Below, piece after piece: positions 1 to 8,523 of a stretch of 64,000 bases of DNA (positions are counted from its first letter, which is position 1; each line of letters opens with the position of its first letter). The notes beneath the pieces were generated by a model. The model worked only from the letters and a program-made list of their open reading frames with translations. It made no database searches and was not told the DNA's origin. The stretch comes from an uncultured bacterium (GTDB lineage: Bacteria > Patescibacteriota > Microgenomatia > UBA1400 > UBA12108), in the NCBI GenBank assembly GCA_903945195.1, contig CAJAUT010000006.1:493-64492 (forward strand), read 5' to 3'. The position numbers were made by a program, and so were the translations under genes.

Positions 1-1631
1 TCGAGGAGATAGTGGAGAAACAATCCGCTAAAGCTCCTGGCCGTCCACTCTTTAATCAAATGATCGGTAGGCTAGAAAAAGGTGAGGCGAACGGAATAGT
101 CAGTTGGAATCCCGATAGGTTGGCTAGAAATAGTGTGGATGGCGGCAAAATTATCTATCTCCTCGATACCGGGCGTATTGTGGCGTTGAAGTTCCCAACA
201 TTTTGGTTTGAACCAACGCCACAAGGAAAGTTCATGCTCAATATCGCCTTTGGACAAAGCAAATACTATGTGGATTCGCTTGCCGAAAATACCAAAAGAG
301 GACTCCGCCAGAAAGTGAGGCGGGGAGAATTCCCTGGTTGTGCTCCAATCGGCTATATCAACGATGTGAGAAACAAGAGTATTGCTGTAGACCGCAAGCG
401 GAGTGTAATCATCCGTAAGGCTTTCGAGTTGTACGCCCAAGGCAATAGCCGATTGGAGGATATCAGCACTTTTCTGGCGGAGAATGGATTAAACGCACGA
501 GGAGGCAAGCGACTCCACAAAGACAGAATCAATTTTATCCTCCACAACCCGTTCTACTACGGACACTTTAGGTATTTGGGTGAAACATACGAAGGTCATC
601 ACCAGCCAGTCATCACCAAGCAGTTGTTTGATCAGGTGCAGGTGGTACTCTCGGAGCGTGGTCGTCCATACCAAACCCCCACCTATGCCTCCCAAGCCCT
701 CTGTGGACTCCTGCGGTGTGGCACCTGCCAGATGATGATCACTGGCGAGGCCAAAACCAAACACCAAAAGAATGGTAACGAGCACCACTACGTCTACTAT
801 CACTGCACCAGGAAACATAAAACCATCAGGTGCAGTGAGCCACCCGTAGCCGAGGGTGAGTTAGCTCGCCAGTTATCATCCCTGATCAAACAACCTGCTT
901 TATCACCGAGTTGGGCGGAATCTATGCGAAACAAGTTAGCAGAAGATAAGATAGACTCCGCCCAATCGGTTACTGCGTTTGTGTCAGAGACAACCAATAC
1001 TATTCGTGCCATTGATCATAAGCTACAGCGACTGCTCGACGGCTATCTCGACCAACTGATTGACCAGGATATCTACAAAACACAGAAGAATAAGTTGGTC
1101 AGTTCTAAGAAGTCGCTAACTGATCAATTGGCACGCATGACACAAACGCAGACTCGCTGGGTAGAACCGATGCTCAAATGGATAAATCAGGCAGAGAATC
1201 TGCCTGCAGTCGCCGAGTGTGGCACTCTTACACAGGTCAAGAGTGCAGCCAAAGAAATCTTTGGCTCGGACCTATGGCTTTCCGCGAGCGAAGCGAGCGG
1301 GACAGCACAATCCCCCTGGGATTCTGTGATCTCTGCGACCAGTCGGTGCAAAAAAGCTGAAAATTTGCAAAACAGTTGTGCTTGGGTGGGCCCACTGGGA
1401 TTCGGACCCAGGACACCCTACTTAAGAGGCAGGTGCTCTAACCAGCTGAGCTATAGGCCCACTATTAACTTATATACCCCTGATGCATCTTTATTTGAAC
1501 ACTTTCTGCCTTGGATTCAGAAAATAATGTTCGCATTAATGAATCTGAACCAGACTATCAATATCAGGGTTTACAAAAAAGTATTATACGAGAAAAGTTG
1601 GCTAATTAAAATAGCGGTAGTCGTAGACTAA
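1..1631 (+). CDS. Large serine recombinase (resolvase + recombinase + Zn-ribbon + coiled coil), 5' end outside window; last ~80 codons run antisense through tRNA-Lys
   Basis: SAKAPGRP-F, W-PDRLARN, 'NPFYYG', CGTC...YYHC zinc ribbon, C-terminal coiled coil. Confidence 0.9.
   Translation, partial: EEIVEKQSAKAPGRPLFNQMIGRLEKGEANGIVSWNPDRLARNSVDGGKIIYLLDTGRIVALKFPTFWFEPTPQGKFMLNIAFGQSKYYVDSLAENTKRGLRQKVRRGEFPGCAPIGYINDVRNKSIAVDRKRSVIIRKAFELYAQGNSRLEDISTFLAENGLNARGGKRLHKDRINFILHNPFYYGHFRYLGETYEGHHQPVITKQLFDQVQVVLSERGRPYQTPTYASQALCGLLRCGTCQMMITGEAKTKHQKNGNEHHYVYYHCTRKHKTIRCSEPPVAEGELARQLSSLIKQPALSPSWAESMRNKLAEDKIDSAQSVTAFVSETTNTIRAIDHKLQRLLDGYLDQLIDQDIYKTQKNKLVSSKKSLTDQLARMTQTQTRWVEPMLKWINQAENLPAVAECGTLTQVKSAAKEIFGSDLWLSASEASGTAQSPWDSVISATSRCKKAENLQNSCAWVGPLGFGPRTPYLRGRCSNQLSYRPTINLYTPDASLFEHFLPWIQKIMFALMNLNQTINIRVYKKVLYEKSWLIKIAVVVD
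1387..1460 (-). tRNA. tRNA-Lys (CTT)
   Basis: Reverse complement GGGCCTATAGCTCAGCTGGTTAGAGCA-CCTGC CT CTT AA GTAGG-...GGTCCGAATCCCAGTGGGCCCA folds as a cloverleaf; T-loop reads TCCGAA instead of TTCGAA. Confidence 0.9.
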
Positions 1632-1650
1632 TTTTAAGTGCTTTGGAAAT

Positions 1651-1674
1651 AAATCCCACCCCGGGCGTGCGATG
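1651..1674 (+). repeat. 24-bp direct repeat, copy 1 (att-like), left of HTH-PRTase gene
   Basis: AAATCCCACCCCGGGCGTGCGATG, 22/24 identical to 2765-2788. Confidence 0.8.
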
Positions 1675-1732
1675 ATATACTGATTATATAGATTCTATTT
1701 ATCAAACAACATAATATCTAGATATAGTACAG

Positions 1733-1765
1733 ATCATTGACTATTGACAGTCAATAGTCAATGAT
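1733..1765. promoter_or_regulatory. Perfect palindrome (16-bp arms) over a TTGACA -35 box; likely operator
   Basis: ATCATTGACTATTGAC-A-GTCAATAGTCAATGAT just upstream of ATG 1779. Confidence 0.7.
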
Positions 1766-1778
1766 GCTAGTATAAACT

Positions 1779-2756
1779 ATGAAATCTGATACCAGAGATA
1801 AAATCATAGCATATATCCGTGCTAACGGACGAGTAACTCCCAAAGACCTTGTGGAACATCTTGGGATTAGCAAGCAAGCATTTTTTGTGCAGGCTAGCAA
1901 GTTGCTAAAGCTCGGGGAACTTGTCAAAACAGGCAAACCTCCTCGCGTATATTACTCTATACCAGACAAACAAGCAGAAAATAGCGATACAGTAACAGGT
2001 ACCGATTTGCGAAATTTTATTAACGAGCGATATCTATACATCAGTCCGCTCGGGGAAAAGTTGGACGGGGTGGATGGATTCTCAAAGTGGTGTCACAAAA
2101 CTGGGCAACGGGCAGAAAAGACCGCCAAAGAATATGTTGCAGCTCAGAAAAAATACGATCAGTGGGTCAAAGATGGCTTTATTAACGGTGATAAAAAAAT
2201 GTCGAGTACTTTTGACAAGGTCTATGTTGATACCCTTTACTATCTCGATTTCTACAGTATTGAGCGATTTGGCAAGACTAAACTTGGTCAACTCCTTCTC
2301 TACGCTAAACAGAGTCAGAGCAAAACAGTAATTAGCGAACTCACAGATCTTATCCGTGGGGGTGTGTACAGCCTTATTAAAAAAGAAAAAATTAGTAGTG
2401 TCGGGTTTGTACCCGCTACAGTTAGGCGTGAAGTACAGCTTATGAAGGAGCTAGAAAGTGGACTGGCTCTACCTCTTCGCAAAATTAAAATTGCCAAAGT
2501 GCAGTCGGAGCTTATGGTACCGCAAAAAACTCTTGTTAGGCTTCCAGACCGAATAGAGAACGCCGCTAGAACGATAGTAGTCGAGGACAATGATAACCAT
2601 GAGAACATACTCATCATCGACGATGCTGTCGGGAGTGGAGCTACCCTCAACGAGACGGCAAGACAAATACGAGAAAAGAGGATCGTAAAAGGCAAGATAA
2701 TCGGGCTAGCGATTGTGGGGAGTTTCAAAGGATTTGACGTGATCAGCGAGGTCTAA
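1779..2756 (+). CDS. Winged-HTH + phosphoribosyltransferase-domain protein
   Basis: N-terminal HTH (IIAYIRANGRVTPKDLVEHLGIS); PRPP-binding motif ILIIDDAVGSGATL. Confidence 0.8.
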   Translation: MKSDTRDKIIAYIRANGRVTPKDLVEHLGISKQAFFVQASKLLKLGELVKTGKPPRVYYSIPDKQAENSDTVTGTDLRNFINERYLYISPLGEKLDGVDGFSKWCHKTGQRAEKTAKEYVAAQKKYDQWVKDGFINGDKKMSSTFDKVYVDTLYYLDFYSIERFGKTKLGQLLLYAKQSQSKTVISELTDLIRGGVYSLIKKEKISSVGFVPATVRREVQLMKELESGLALPLRKIKIAKVQSELMVPQKTLVRLPDRIENAARTIVVEDNDNHENILIIDDAVGSGATLNETARQIREKRIVKGKIIGLAIVGSFKGFDVISEV

Positions 2757-2764
2757 TAAATCTC

Positions 2765-2788
2765 AAATCCCACCTCGGGCGCGCGATG
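2765..2788 (+). repeat. 24-bp direct repeat, copy 2
   Basis: AAATCCCACCTCGGGCGCGCGATG, 8 nt after the stop of 1779-2756. Confidence 0.8.
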
Positions 2789-2920
2789 TTTTATCGCATC
2801 TAGCCAAACTCGACGGGAGAAATACAAATATCGATGTACCTATCCGGACTACTTAAACACCGAGATTAGCCCATTATATCAATCAATTTGTACCTTCGAT
2901 AATTGTGCTATGTCTTCTAG

Positions 2921-3001
2921 TGCCGAGGAGAGGACTTGAACCTCCATGAATTACTTCACACGCACCTCAAGCGTGCGCGTCTACCATTTCGCCACCTCGG
3001 C
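2921..3001 (-). tRNA. tRNA-Leu (GAG)
   Basis: GCCGAGGTGGCGAAATGGTAGACGCG-CACGC TT GAG GT GCGTG-long variable arm-GGTTCAAGTCCTCTCCTCGGCA. Confidence 0.95.
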
Positions 3002-3337
3002 AATTTGCAAAGATTAGTATTTCTACCAACTTTAGCAGTATTAACTTGTTTGTGTACCATTTCGCCCGCCTGCAACAGTTGTGCTGTAAGCACTGCGGGC
3101 AGGCCACCTCGGCAATTTGCAAAGATTAGTATTTCTACCAACTTTAGCAGTATTAACTTGTTTGTGTACCATTTCGCCCGCCTGCAACAGTTGTGCTGTA
3201 AGCACTGCGGGCAGGCCACCTCGGCAATCAATAAAAGTCAGGTATTGCTACCAACTTTATCTTATTAACTTGTTTGTCTACCATTTCGCCCGCCTGCAAC
3301 AGCTGTGCTGTAAGCACTGCGGGCAGGCCACCTCGGC
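3002..3337 (-). repeat. Three 112-bp tandem units upstream of tRNA-Leu(GAG), each a tRNA-Leu 5' fragment interrupted by a 39-bp palindrome
   Basis: GCCACCTCGGC recurs at 2991, 3103, 3215, 3327. Confidence 0.9.
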
Positions 3338-3387
3338 TTATTTAACGTGCAGGAGCAATTATACTACACCAAGTATGATTCTTAACT

Positions 3388-3816
3388 TTAGTGATTTTTA
3401 TCTACTCCGGACTTGTACCAAGATTCAAGTGGTGTCATATCATCATGATAGTAATTGTAGTTAATAAATATTTCTTCATCCTGTGCCAGATCTACCAAGC
3501 TCGAAACTTCCATCACTCTCTTGATATAGTTAAATTTATACTGCGCATTTGGCTTGTACGAATGGTTATAGACACTGCCATACCCTAGGACTACGGCAAA
3601 TTCTTTATTTGAATATTCATAAAAATAATAAAACAACTTGGTCTGTTTTATCATTTCAAACTCTTTAATGGGCATAAATATGGCAGGGCACACCTCTAGT
3701 ATTTGCTTCTTCTTAATATTTTTGGCAGCAAAAACTCCATTCCCATCTGCCACAACAGATTTTTTGACATAAACATTAGACAAGCAAATATTATGCATAA
3801 GACATATATATATCAC
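3388..3816 (-). CDS. SET-domain protein (putative lysine methyltransferase)
   Basis: GNGVFA, YNHSYKPNA and EEIFINY SET motifs; start uncertain. Confidence 0.9.
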   Translation of the reverse strand: MIYICLMHNICLSNVYVKKSVVADGNGVFAAKNIKKKQILEVCPAIFMPIKEFEMIKQTKLFYYFYEYSNKEFAVVLGYGSVYNHSYKPNAQYKFNYIKRVMEVSSLVDLAQDEEIFINYNYYHDDMTPLESWYKSGVDKNH

Positions 3817-3822
3817 ATATTT

Positions 3823-4482
3823 TTACATCATTTTCACCCATAAATCACTGAATTCTCCGTCGCATCTGTATTTTTTATCATTTTTCACAAATCCATTGTA
3901 AGAGAGCACTTTTGCAGAACCAATATTATCTGGTGAGATAAAACCATATATCACAAGTTTAGGACGTATTTTGTACAGTTTTTCAAAACCAGCTTTTAAC
4001 TTCTTTAGAGCCAACTTTAGACCTTCCACTATCACACCTTTACGATTCAGGTGGAGATGCAATTTCGTCGTATAACTCAGCTTTTCTAATATTTCATCTG
4101 GCCAACCACCACTCATCAGTTTTTGATAGCTAACCTGAAATATACGAGAGTTCCTAGAAGTCAGACCATATGCGTCCATGACTTTACTAGGGAGTGGATA
4201 TTTTGAGTCTTGATAAAACCAAATCCACCCAACTAGCGCATCTTTTACGTCTACAACCCCGTACATCAATTCATAAGATTTTTTTGTCACTTTATAATCT
4301 ATCTTTGCCAAAGTCTTATCAACATCGTGCAAATCAGTAATTTTGGCAAAATCAAAATCATCTGTAAAATATCCTTTAGCTTTCATCACCTCTGGGTGAT
4401 AATACATCAAATTCATCCGTTCAACGTCTCCAGGATTTTGGGGGTCAAAACTGCGTAAGCGATATGGTACGGAAGTAATCAT
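3823..4482 (-). CDS. Hypothetical protein, possible GNAT (RimJ/RimL-like) fold
   Basis: C-terminal I-PDNIGSAKVLSYNGF resembles the GNAT motif B. Confidence 0.5.
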   Translation of the reverse strand: MITSVPYRLRSFDPQNPGDVERMNLMYYHPEVMKAKGYFTDDFDFAKITDLHDVDKTLAKIDYKVTKKSYELMYGVVDVKDALVGWIWFYQDSKYPLPSKVMDAYGLTSRNSRIFQVSYQKLMSGGWPDEILEKLSYTTKLHLHLNRKGVIVEGLKLALKKLKAGFEKLYKIRPKLVIYGFISPDNIGSAKVLSYNGFVKNDKKYRCDGEFSDLWVKMM

Positions 4483-4517
4483 TTGGGCATTTTACCACAC
4501 ATTTAGCCCTATAGTAC

Positions 4518-5645
4518 CTAGTTAAACAACTCTAGATACTCAATTTCCTCAAAATTCTCATCATTTTTCTTTGCAGATACACTAGTCCCATTTTTATCGA
4601 TAAGACCCACACAAACTGCCCCCAAATCCTTGTTTACATACGCTTCTTTTAAGTCATATAGGATAGTTTTATGTATAGTTTTATGGACCTGTAATATACC
4701 TCTAGAATTGAGAGATTGTATCAAATATTTCTGGTACATTTTTGCGTGACTAGCCATAGTTTTGTATCTATGTAAAAAATATCTATATCCTCCACGCCAG
4801 ATCTGCCTAGGTGGGGTAGCCCACAACATGGGTGGATATTTAGGATCTATCAAATTAGTTTGAGCCAAATAGTCACTAGGAGTTTCCCCAAGCATCTCGA
4901 TTTTTGACTCACTCCTAGCCAAAGTCAGTTTGTAGCCCTCACACACCTCTCCCACTTTACGCACTACATTGATCGCGTAACCGTCGATTAACTCTCCTAG
5001 ACTATTGATCATCTCTACAATATTATTTGGCTCGGCCTCCTCAGGCTTCATCCGCCAGATCATCCATGAGATCATATTGACTAGCACTGGCCTCTCAACT
5101 TCAGCGACACCATTTTCTTTTACAAAAAGCGTATCTATCGCAGTGATTAGCCCACTTTTAAATCCATACAGCCCGCATCCAGGCATGAGATTATTGTATA
5201 CAAGGGTGCACGACCTACCACTAGGTTCTTCAAACGCTATAGTCATCGGATCACTCATATGTAGCTCTATATGTTCGTTGTCGATAAACTCTTCTTCCGT
5301 GTGTAGCAGTGCAACTCCACTGCCGTAGCGTGCGATAAATGACTGGCAACCTGATAAATTGTCCGCTAGTAGCCACATAGCTTGTTCATTTGTGATCTCT
5401 GCACCTCTTGCCCACGCACTCAAACACTCTCTAAATTCACTACACTCCTTTTTATCTTGGATATAAGTCCAACTTTTCTCAGCCACCTGTCTACGTATCA
5501 CCGTCAATTTAGCTCTTTTTTTTGACAGTTTATTTACAGATTCTTGGATATTTTTACCAAATAGCCTACCAACATCACGATATTGCTCAATTAGGGTCGT
5601 TCCTTTAGCCTGGTATATATTTTGCATTACTTCATTATATTGCAT
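4518..5645 (-). CDS. Putative Ntn-hydrolase, peptidase C45-like
   Basis: GCQSF...LLHTEE about 100 residues in resembles the C45 nucleophile Cys and HNED motif. Confidence 0.5.
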   Translation of the reverse strand: MQYNEVMQNIYQAKGTTLIEQYRDVGRLFGKNIQESVNKLSKKRAKLTVIRRQVAEKSWTYIQDKKECSEFRECLSAWARGAEITNEQAMWLLADNLSGCQSFIARYGSGVALLHTEEEFIDNEHIELHMSDPMTIAFEEPSGRSCTLVYNNLMPGCGLYGFKSGLITAIDTLFVKENGVAEVERPVLVNMISWMIWRMKPEEAEPNNIVEMINSLGELIDGYAINVVRKVGEVCEGYKLTLARSESKIEMLGETPSDYLAQTNLIDPKYPPMLWATPPRQIWRGGYRYFLHRYKTMASHAKMYQKYLIQSLNSRGILQVHKTIHKTILYDLKEAYVNKDLGAVCVGLIDKNGTSVSAKKNDENFEEIEYLELFN

Positions 5646-5675
5646 TTATTTTTATATCCTGTATAAAAATACTTT

Positions 5676-6743
5676 GTGGTAACAAATATAGTCAACTCAC
5701 CAAGTACTCGCGGACTCATTGCCAAAGCAAACAGAGCGGGTGGCAAACTCCCAGGAAAAATCGCCATTTTGTATACCGATGCCAAACGGGAATATTGCTC
5801 CACAGACGAAGAATTTCAAACTATCGATGGCTCCTACGAAGAAGCCTTACTTTTTGACCCATATTTTGTAAAACTAGGGATCAAGACTGTCTACATCAAA
5901 GCCGACGCTCACATGACCGAGAGATTGAAAAAAGAAAAGCCAAATATGGCGCTCAATCTGGTCACGACAGTCAAGGGCTACGATTACCTAGGCGCCACAG
6001 TACCTGCTGCTTTAGAACTCCTAGAGATTCCCTATACTGGCACCAATATCCTCGGCTTTTCCCTTGGCTGCAACAAATACCTCATGCATGCACTCCTTTC
6101 GCAACATGGGATCCCTGTCCCACGTTTCCAGCTCATGTCTACCAAGACCACACCCCTCGATCCCACGCTTCGTTTCCCCCTGATACTTAAACTCAACGAA
6201 GAACATAGCAATATCGAGATCAAACAGGAAAGCGTCGTCGAAAATGAAGAAGAGCTTCGTAAGCGACTGCGCTATCTCCTGCGCACTTATCAGCAAGACG
6301 TGCTAGTTTCAGAGTTTATCGATGGTCGCGAATTTGCCTCTTTTCTTTTCCAGTCCTACAACCAAAAAGTCTACACTGTCGAGCGCGTCATCAACATGCC
6401 AGGGGTCAAACATCAGTTTATGGACTACAACCTGGTCTGGAATGTAAGTGTCCAAGAATATGACAAGATTTTAAAAAAGGTTAAATATCATGATCCAATC
6501 TTAGATGCTTTTATCAAAAAAGCTTTCAAAGTCATGCGCATGGACGACTACGGCAAATTTGATATTCGCATGGATGTCCGCGGCAATTACTACATCATCG
6601 ATGCCAATGCCAACTGCCACTTTGCACCTCCGGAATCATTCTGTGATTGCGAGATTTCGCACGTTCTCCCCATGTATGGTGTACCATTTAAAATGTTACT
6701 AAAAAGATTACTCCAAAACACCATGAGAGAGTGGGGTTATTAA
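5676..6743 (+). CDS. ATP-grasp ligase, D-Ala-D-Ala ligase-like
   Basis: LELLEIPYTG, FPLILK, EFIDGREF, GKFDIR, IDANAN. Confidence 0.85.
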   Translation: MVTNIVNSPSTRGLIAKANRAGGKLPGKIAILYTDAKREYCSTDEEFQTIDGSYEEALLFDPYFVKLGIKTVYIKADAHMTERLKKEKPNMALNLVTTVKGYDYLGATVPAALELLEIPYTGTNILGFSLGCNKYLMHALLSQHGIPVPRFQLMSTKTTPLDPTLRFPLILKLNEEHSNIEIKQESVVENEEELRKRLRYLLRTYQQDVLVSEFIDGREFASFLFQSYNQKVYTVERVINMPGVKHQFMDYNLVWNVSVQEYDKILKKVKYHDPILDAFIKKAFKVMRMDDYGKFDIRMDVRGNYYIIDANANCHFAPPESFCDCEISHVLPMYGVPFKMLLKRLLQNTMREWGY

Positions 6744-6744
6744 T

Positions 6745-7761
6745 ATGGTTTTATCAGACGATCTCCTTGCCTTACCCAAAAAAGTTGCCATTTTATACTC
6801 AGACGTCAAGCGCGAGTATTTTTCAAACGAAGAAACCTATCTGACAGAAATGGGTGCAGATATCTACGCCGGAGACGTAGCCAAATATGTGGAAAAGATG
6901 GGGATTGTAGTCACGACTATACCCGGCGATGATCACATGGCCGAGAATCTAGTGAAATTCAATCCCGACATGGCCATCAATTTGATCGACTCTGTTAGAG
7001 GTCAAAGTACCCTTGGTTCATCTGTCCCTGGAGTCCTTGAGATCCTCCATATCCCCTATACAGGAGCAGGGACCCTAGGATGGGCGCTTGGGACCAACAA
7101 ATTCCTCATGTATCAGCTCCTACAAACTTCAGGAGTTCCAGTTCCTACGCACCAGATAGTCTCTAGCTCCACCGACATGATCGATCCTGGTATGCGTTAT
7201 CCACTCTTCCCCAAGCTCAACTACGAACATTCTAGTATCGGCGTAGCTGCAGACAGTATTTGTCACAATGAAAAAGAACTTAGGTCCAAACTTAAAGATC
7301 TGATCACCACCTACAAACAACCAGTGCTAATCGACGAGTTTATCGCGGGTATCGAGGTCACTGCCTCTGTTCTAGACGGTATGAACACCAAAGTGTATAT
7401 GGTCCAGCGCAAAGTAGGTGAGGGGATAGAAGACGTCGTGACGTTCGACAAAAAATGGAAAGATTATCTGGATATGACCTACATCAAATATGAGGATCCG
7501 ATTCTCAAAGGTTACGTTAAACAAGCTTTTGATATTCTCAAGATGTCTGATTATGCCCGCATCGACATCCGCATCGACGCAGCAGGCAGGTATTATTTCA
7601 TCGATCCAAATGCCAATCCATTCTTTGGTCCACCCAAAGAAACCCACGCCACCTACAGCATGATTCTCGATATGTACGGTGTCACTTTTGAAGAAACCTT
7701 AAAACGTTTATTCCTCAACACACTTCAAGATGCGCGTATAGAACAAAACGGCTGGCACTAA
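6745..7761 (+). CDS. ATP-grasp ligase, D-Ala-D-Ala ligase-like (paralog)
   Basis: LHIPYTG, YPLFPK, EFIAGIE, YARIDIR, IDPNANP. Confidence 0.85.
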   Translation: MVLSDDLLALPKKVAILYSDVKREYFSNEETYLTEMGADIYAGDVAKYVEKMGIVVTTIPGDDHMAENLVKFNPDMAINLIDSVRGQSTLGSSVPGVLEILHIPYTGAGTLGWALGTNKFLMYQLLQTSGVPVPTHQIVSSSTDMIDPGMRYPLFPKLNYEHSSIGVAADSICHNEKELRSKLKDLITTYKQPVLIDEFIAGIEVTASVLDGMNTKVYMVQRKVGEGIEDVVTFDKKWKDYLDMTYIKYEDPILKGYVKQAFDILKMSDYARIDIRIDAAGRYYFIDPNANPFFGPPKETHATYSMILDMYGVTFEETLKRLFLNTLQDARIEQNGWH

Positions 7762-8045
7762 GTCAAATCAAATCTCAGAGTCTTACCCACAGCCACAGCA
7801 ATCTTGGACATAAAATCAAATGACGGGTTAGAAGACCCACCTTCAAATCGTGAGATTACAGCTTGTTTCGTACCAATTTTCTTGGCAAGTTGTGACTGAG
7901 TCATCTTTTTGGCCAAACGCGCATCAATCATCTTGCATATCATGTCAAACTTGGGTTGTGATGCTGCATACATCGCTCTAAGACCTGGTCTACCCGCCAA
8001 AGCTTTCTTTTTAAATTCGTCATAACTATCGATAAATGGTTTCAT
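7758..8045 (-). CDS. XRE-family HTH antitoxin (HigA-like)
   Basis: ARLAKKMTQSQLAKKIGTKQAVISRFE; downstream of toxin. Confidence 0.85.
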   Translation of the reverse strand: MKPFIDSYDEFKKKALAGRPGLRAMYAASQPKFDMICKMIDARLAKKMTQSQLAKKIGTKQAVISRFEGGSSNPSFDFMSKIAVAVGKTLRFDLT

Positions 8046-8066
8046 AACACATTTATAATCTATAAG

Positions 8067-8399
8067 TTATAATCTGTCAAGCCTTTCCTCTGCAAGTTTC
8101 AACTCTTTGCTGGGTAGTTTATTAGTTTTCTTCTTAAATGAATTAAGCAACACAAATTGCGAGTTATGCCATGTATACAATAATCGAATCGGAACTTTAC
8201 CTGAAGTTCGTAGTTCGTATATGGTGCTACTAATTCTCTTAGCATATGGCAAAGATAACTTCGGACCATATACTTTAAGCAAGTCCATAACTCGCATTAC
8301 TTTATTAAAAGTTGCATCATCCAAAGAATAAATAAATTCTTCAACTGGCTTATCGTCGCGACTATTTGCATAAAAACCCAAAATCCATGACATAACCAA
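8067..8399 (-). CDS. RelE/ParE-superfamily toxin (HigB/Gp49-like)
   Basis: PVEEFI, YELR, LLNSFKKKTNKLP-KEL-LA; toxin-first order. Confidence 0.85.
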   Translation of the reverse strand: MVMSWILGFYANSRDDKPVEEFIYSLDDATFNKVMRVMDLLKVYGPKLSLPYAKRISSTIYELRTSGKVPIRLLYTWHNSQFVLLNSFKKKTNKLPSKELKLAEERLDRL

Positions 8400-8449
8400 A
8401 TTATGACATATCAGATTATTCTTTGGTAGAATACATTCACGTAAATAGC

Positions 8450-8523
8450 TGCGGGATCGTCTAATGGTAGGACTCGGGACTTTGAATCCCGCTATCTAGG
8501 TTCGAACCCTAGTCCCGCAACCA
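8450..8523 (+). tRNA. tRNA-Gln (TTG) with encoded CCA
   Basis: TGCGGGA...CGGGA CT TTG AA TCCCG...GGTTCGAACCCTAG TCCCGCA A CCA. Confidence 0.95.

Noticed and set aside
1478-1503. Possible attR for tRNA-Leu(GAG) (minus strand GTTCAAATAAAGAT)
   Set aside because: Similar to the Leu scars only in an AT-rich stretch; the TCCTCGGCAC core is absent.
3002-3337. CRISPR array reading of the 112-bp and 114-bp repeats
   Set aside because: Intervening segments are identical or clearly homologous, the constant part is tRNA-derived and too long, and no cas genes are present.
2936-3464. ORFs 2936-3268, 2956-3231, 3117-3464 (and 21582-22013, 21727-22131)
   Set aside because: They are translations of tRNA genes and tandem repeats.
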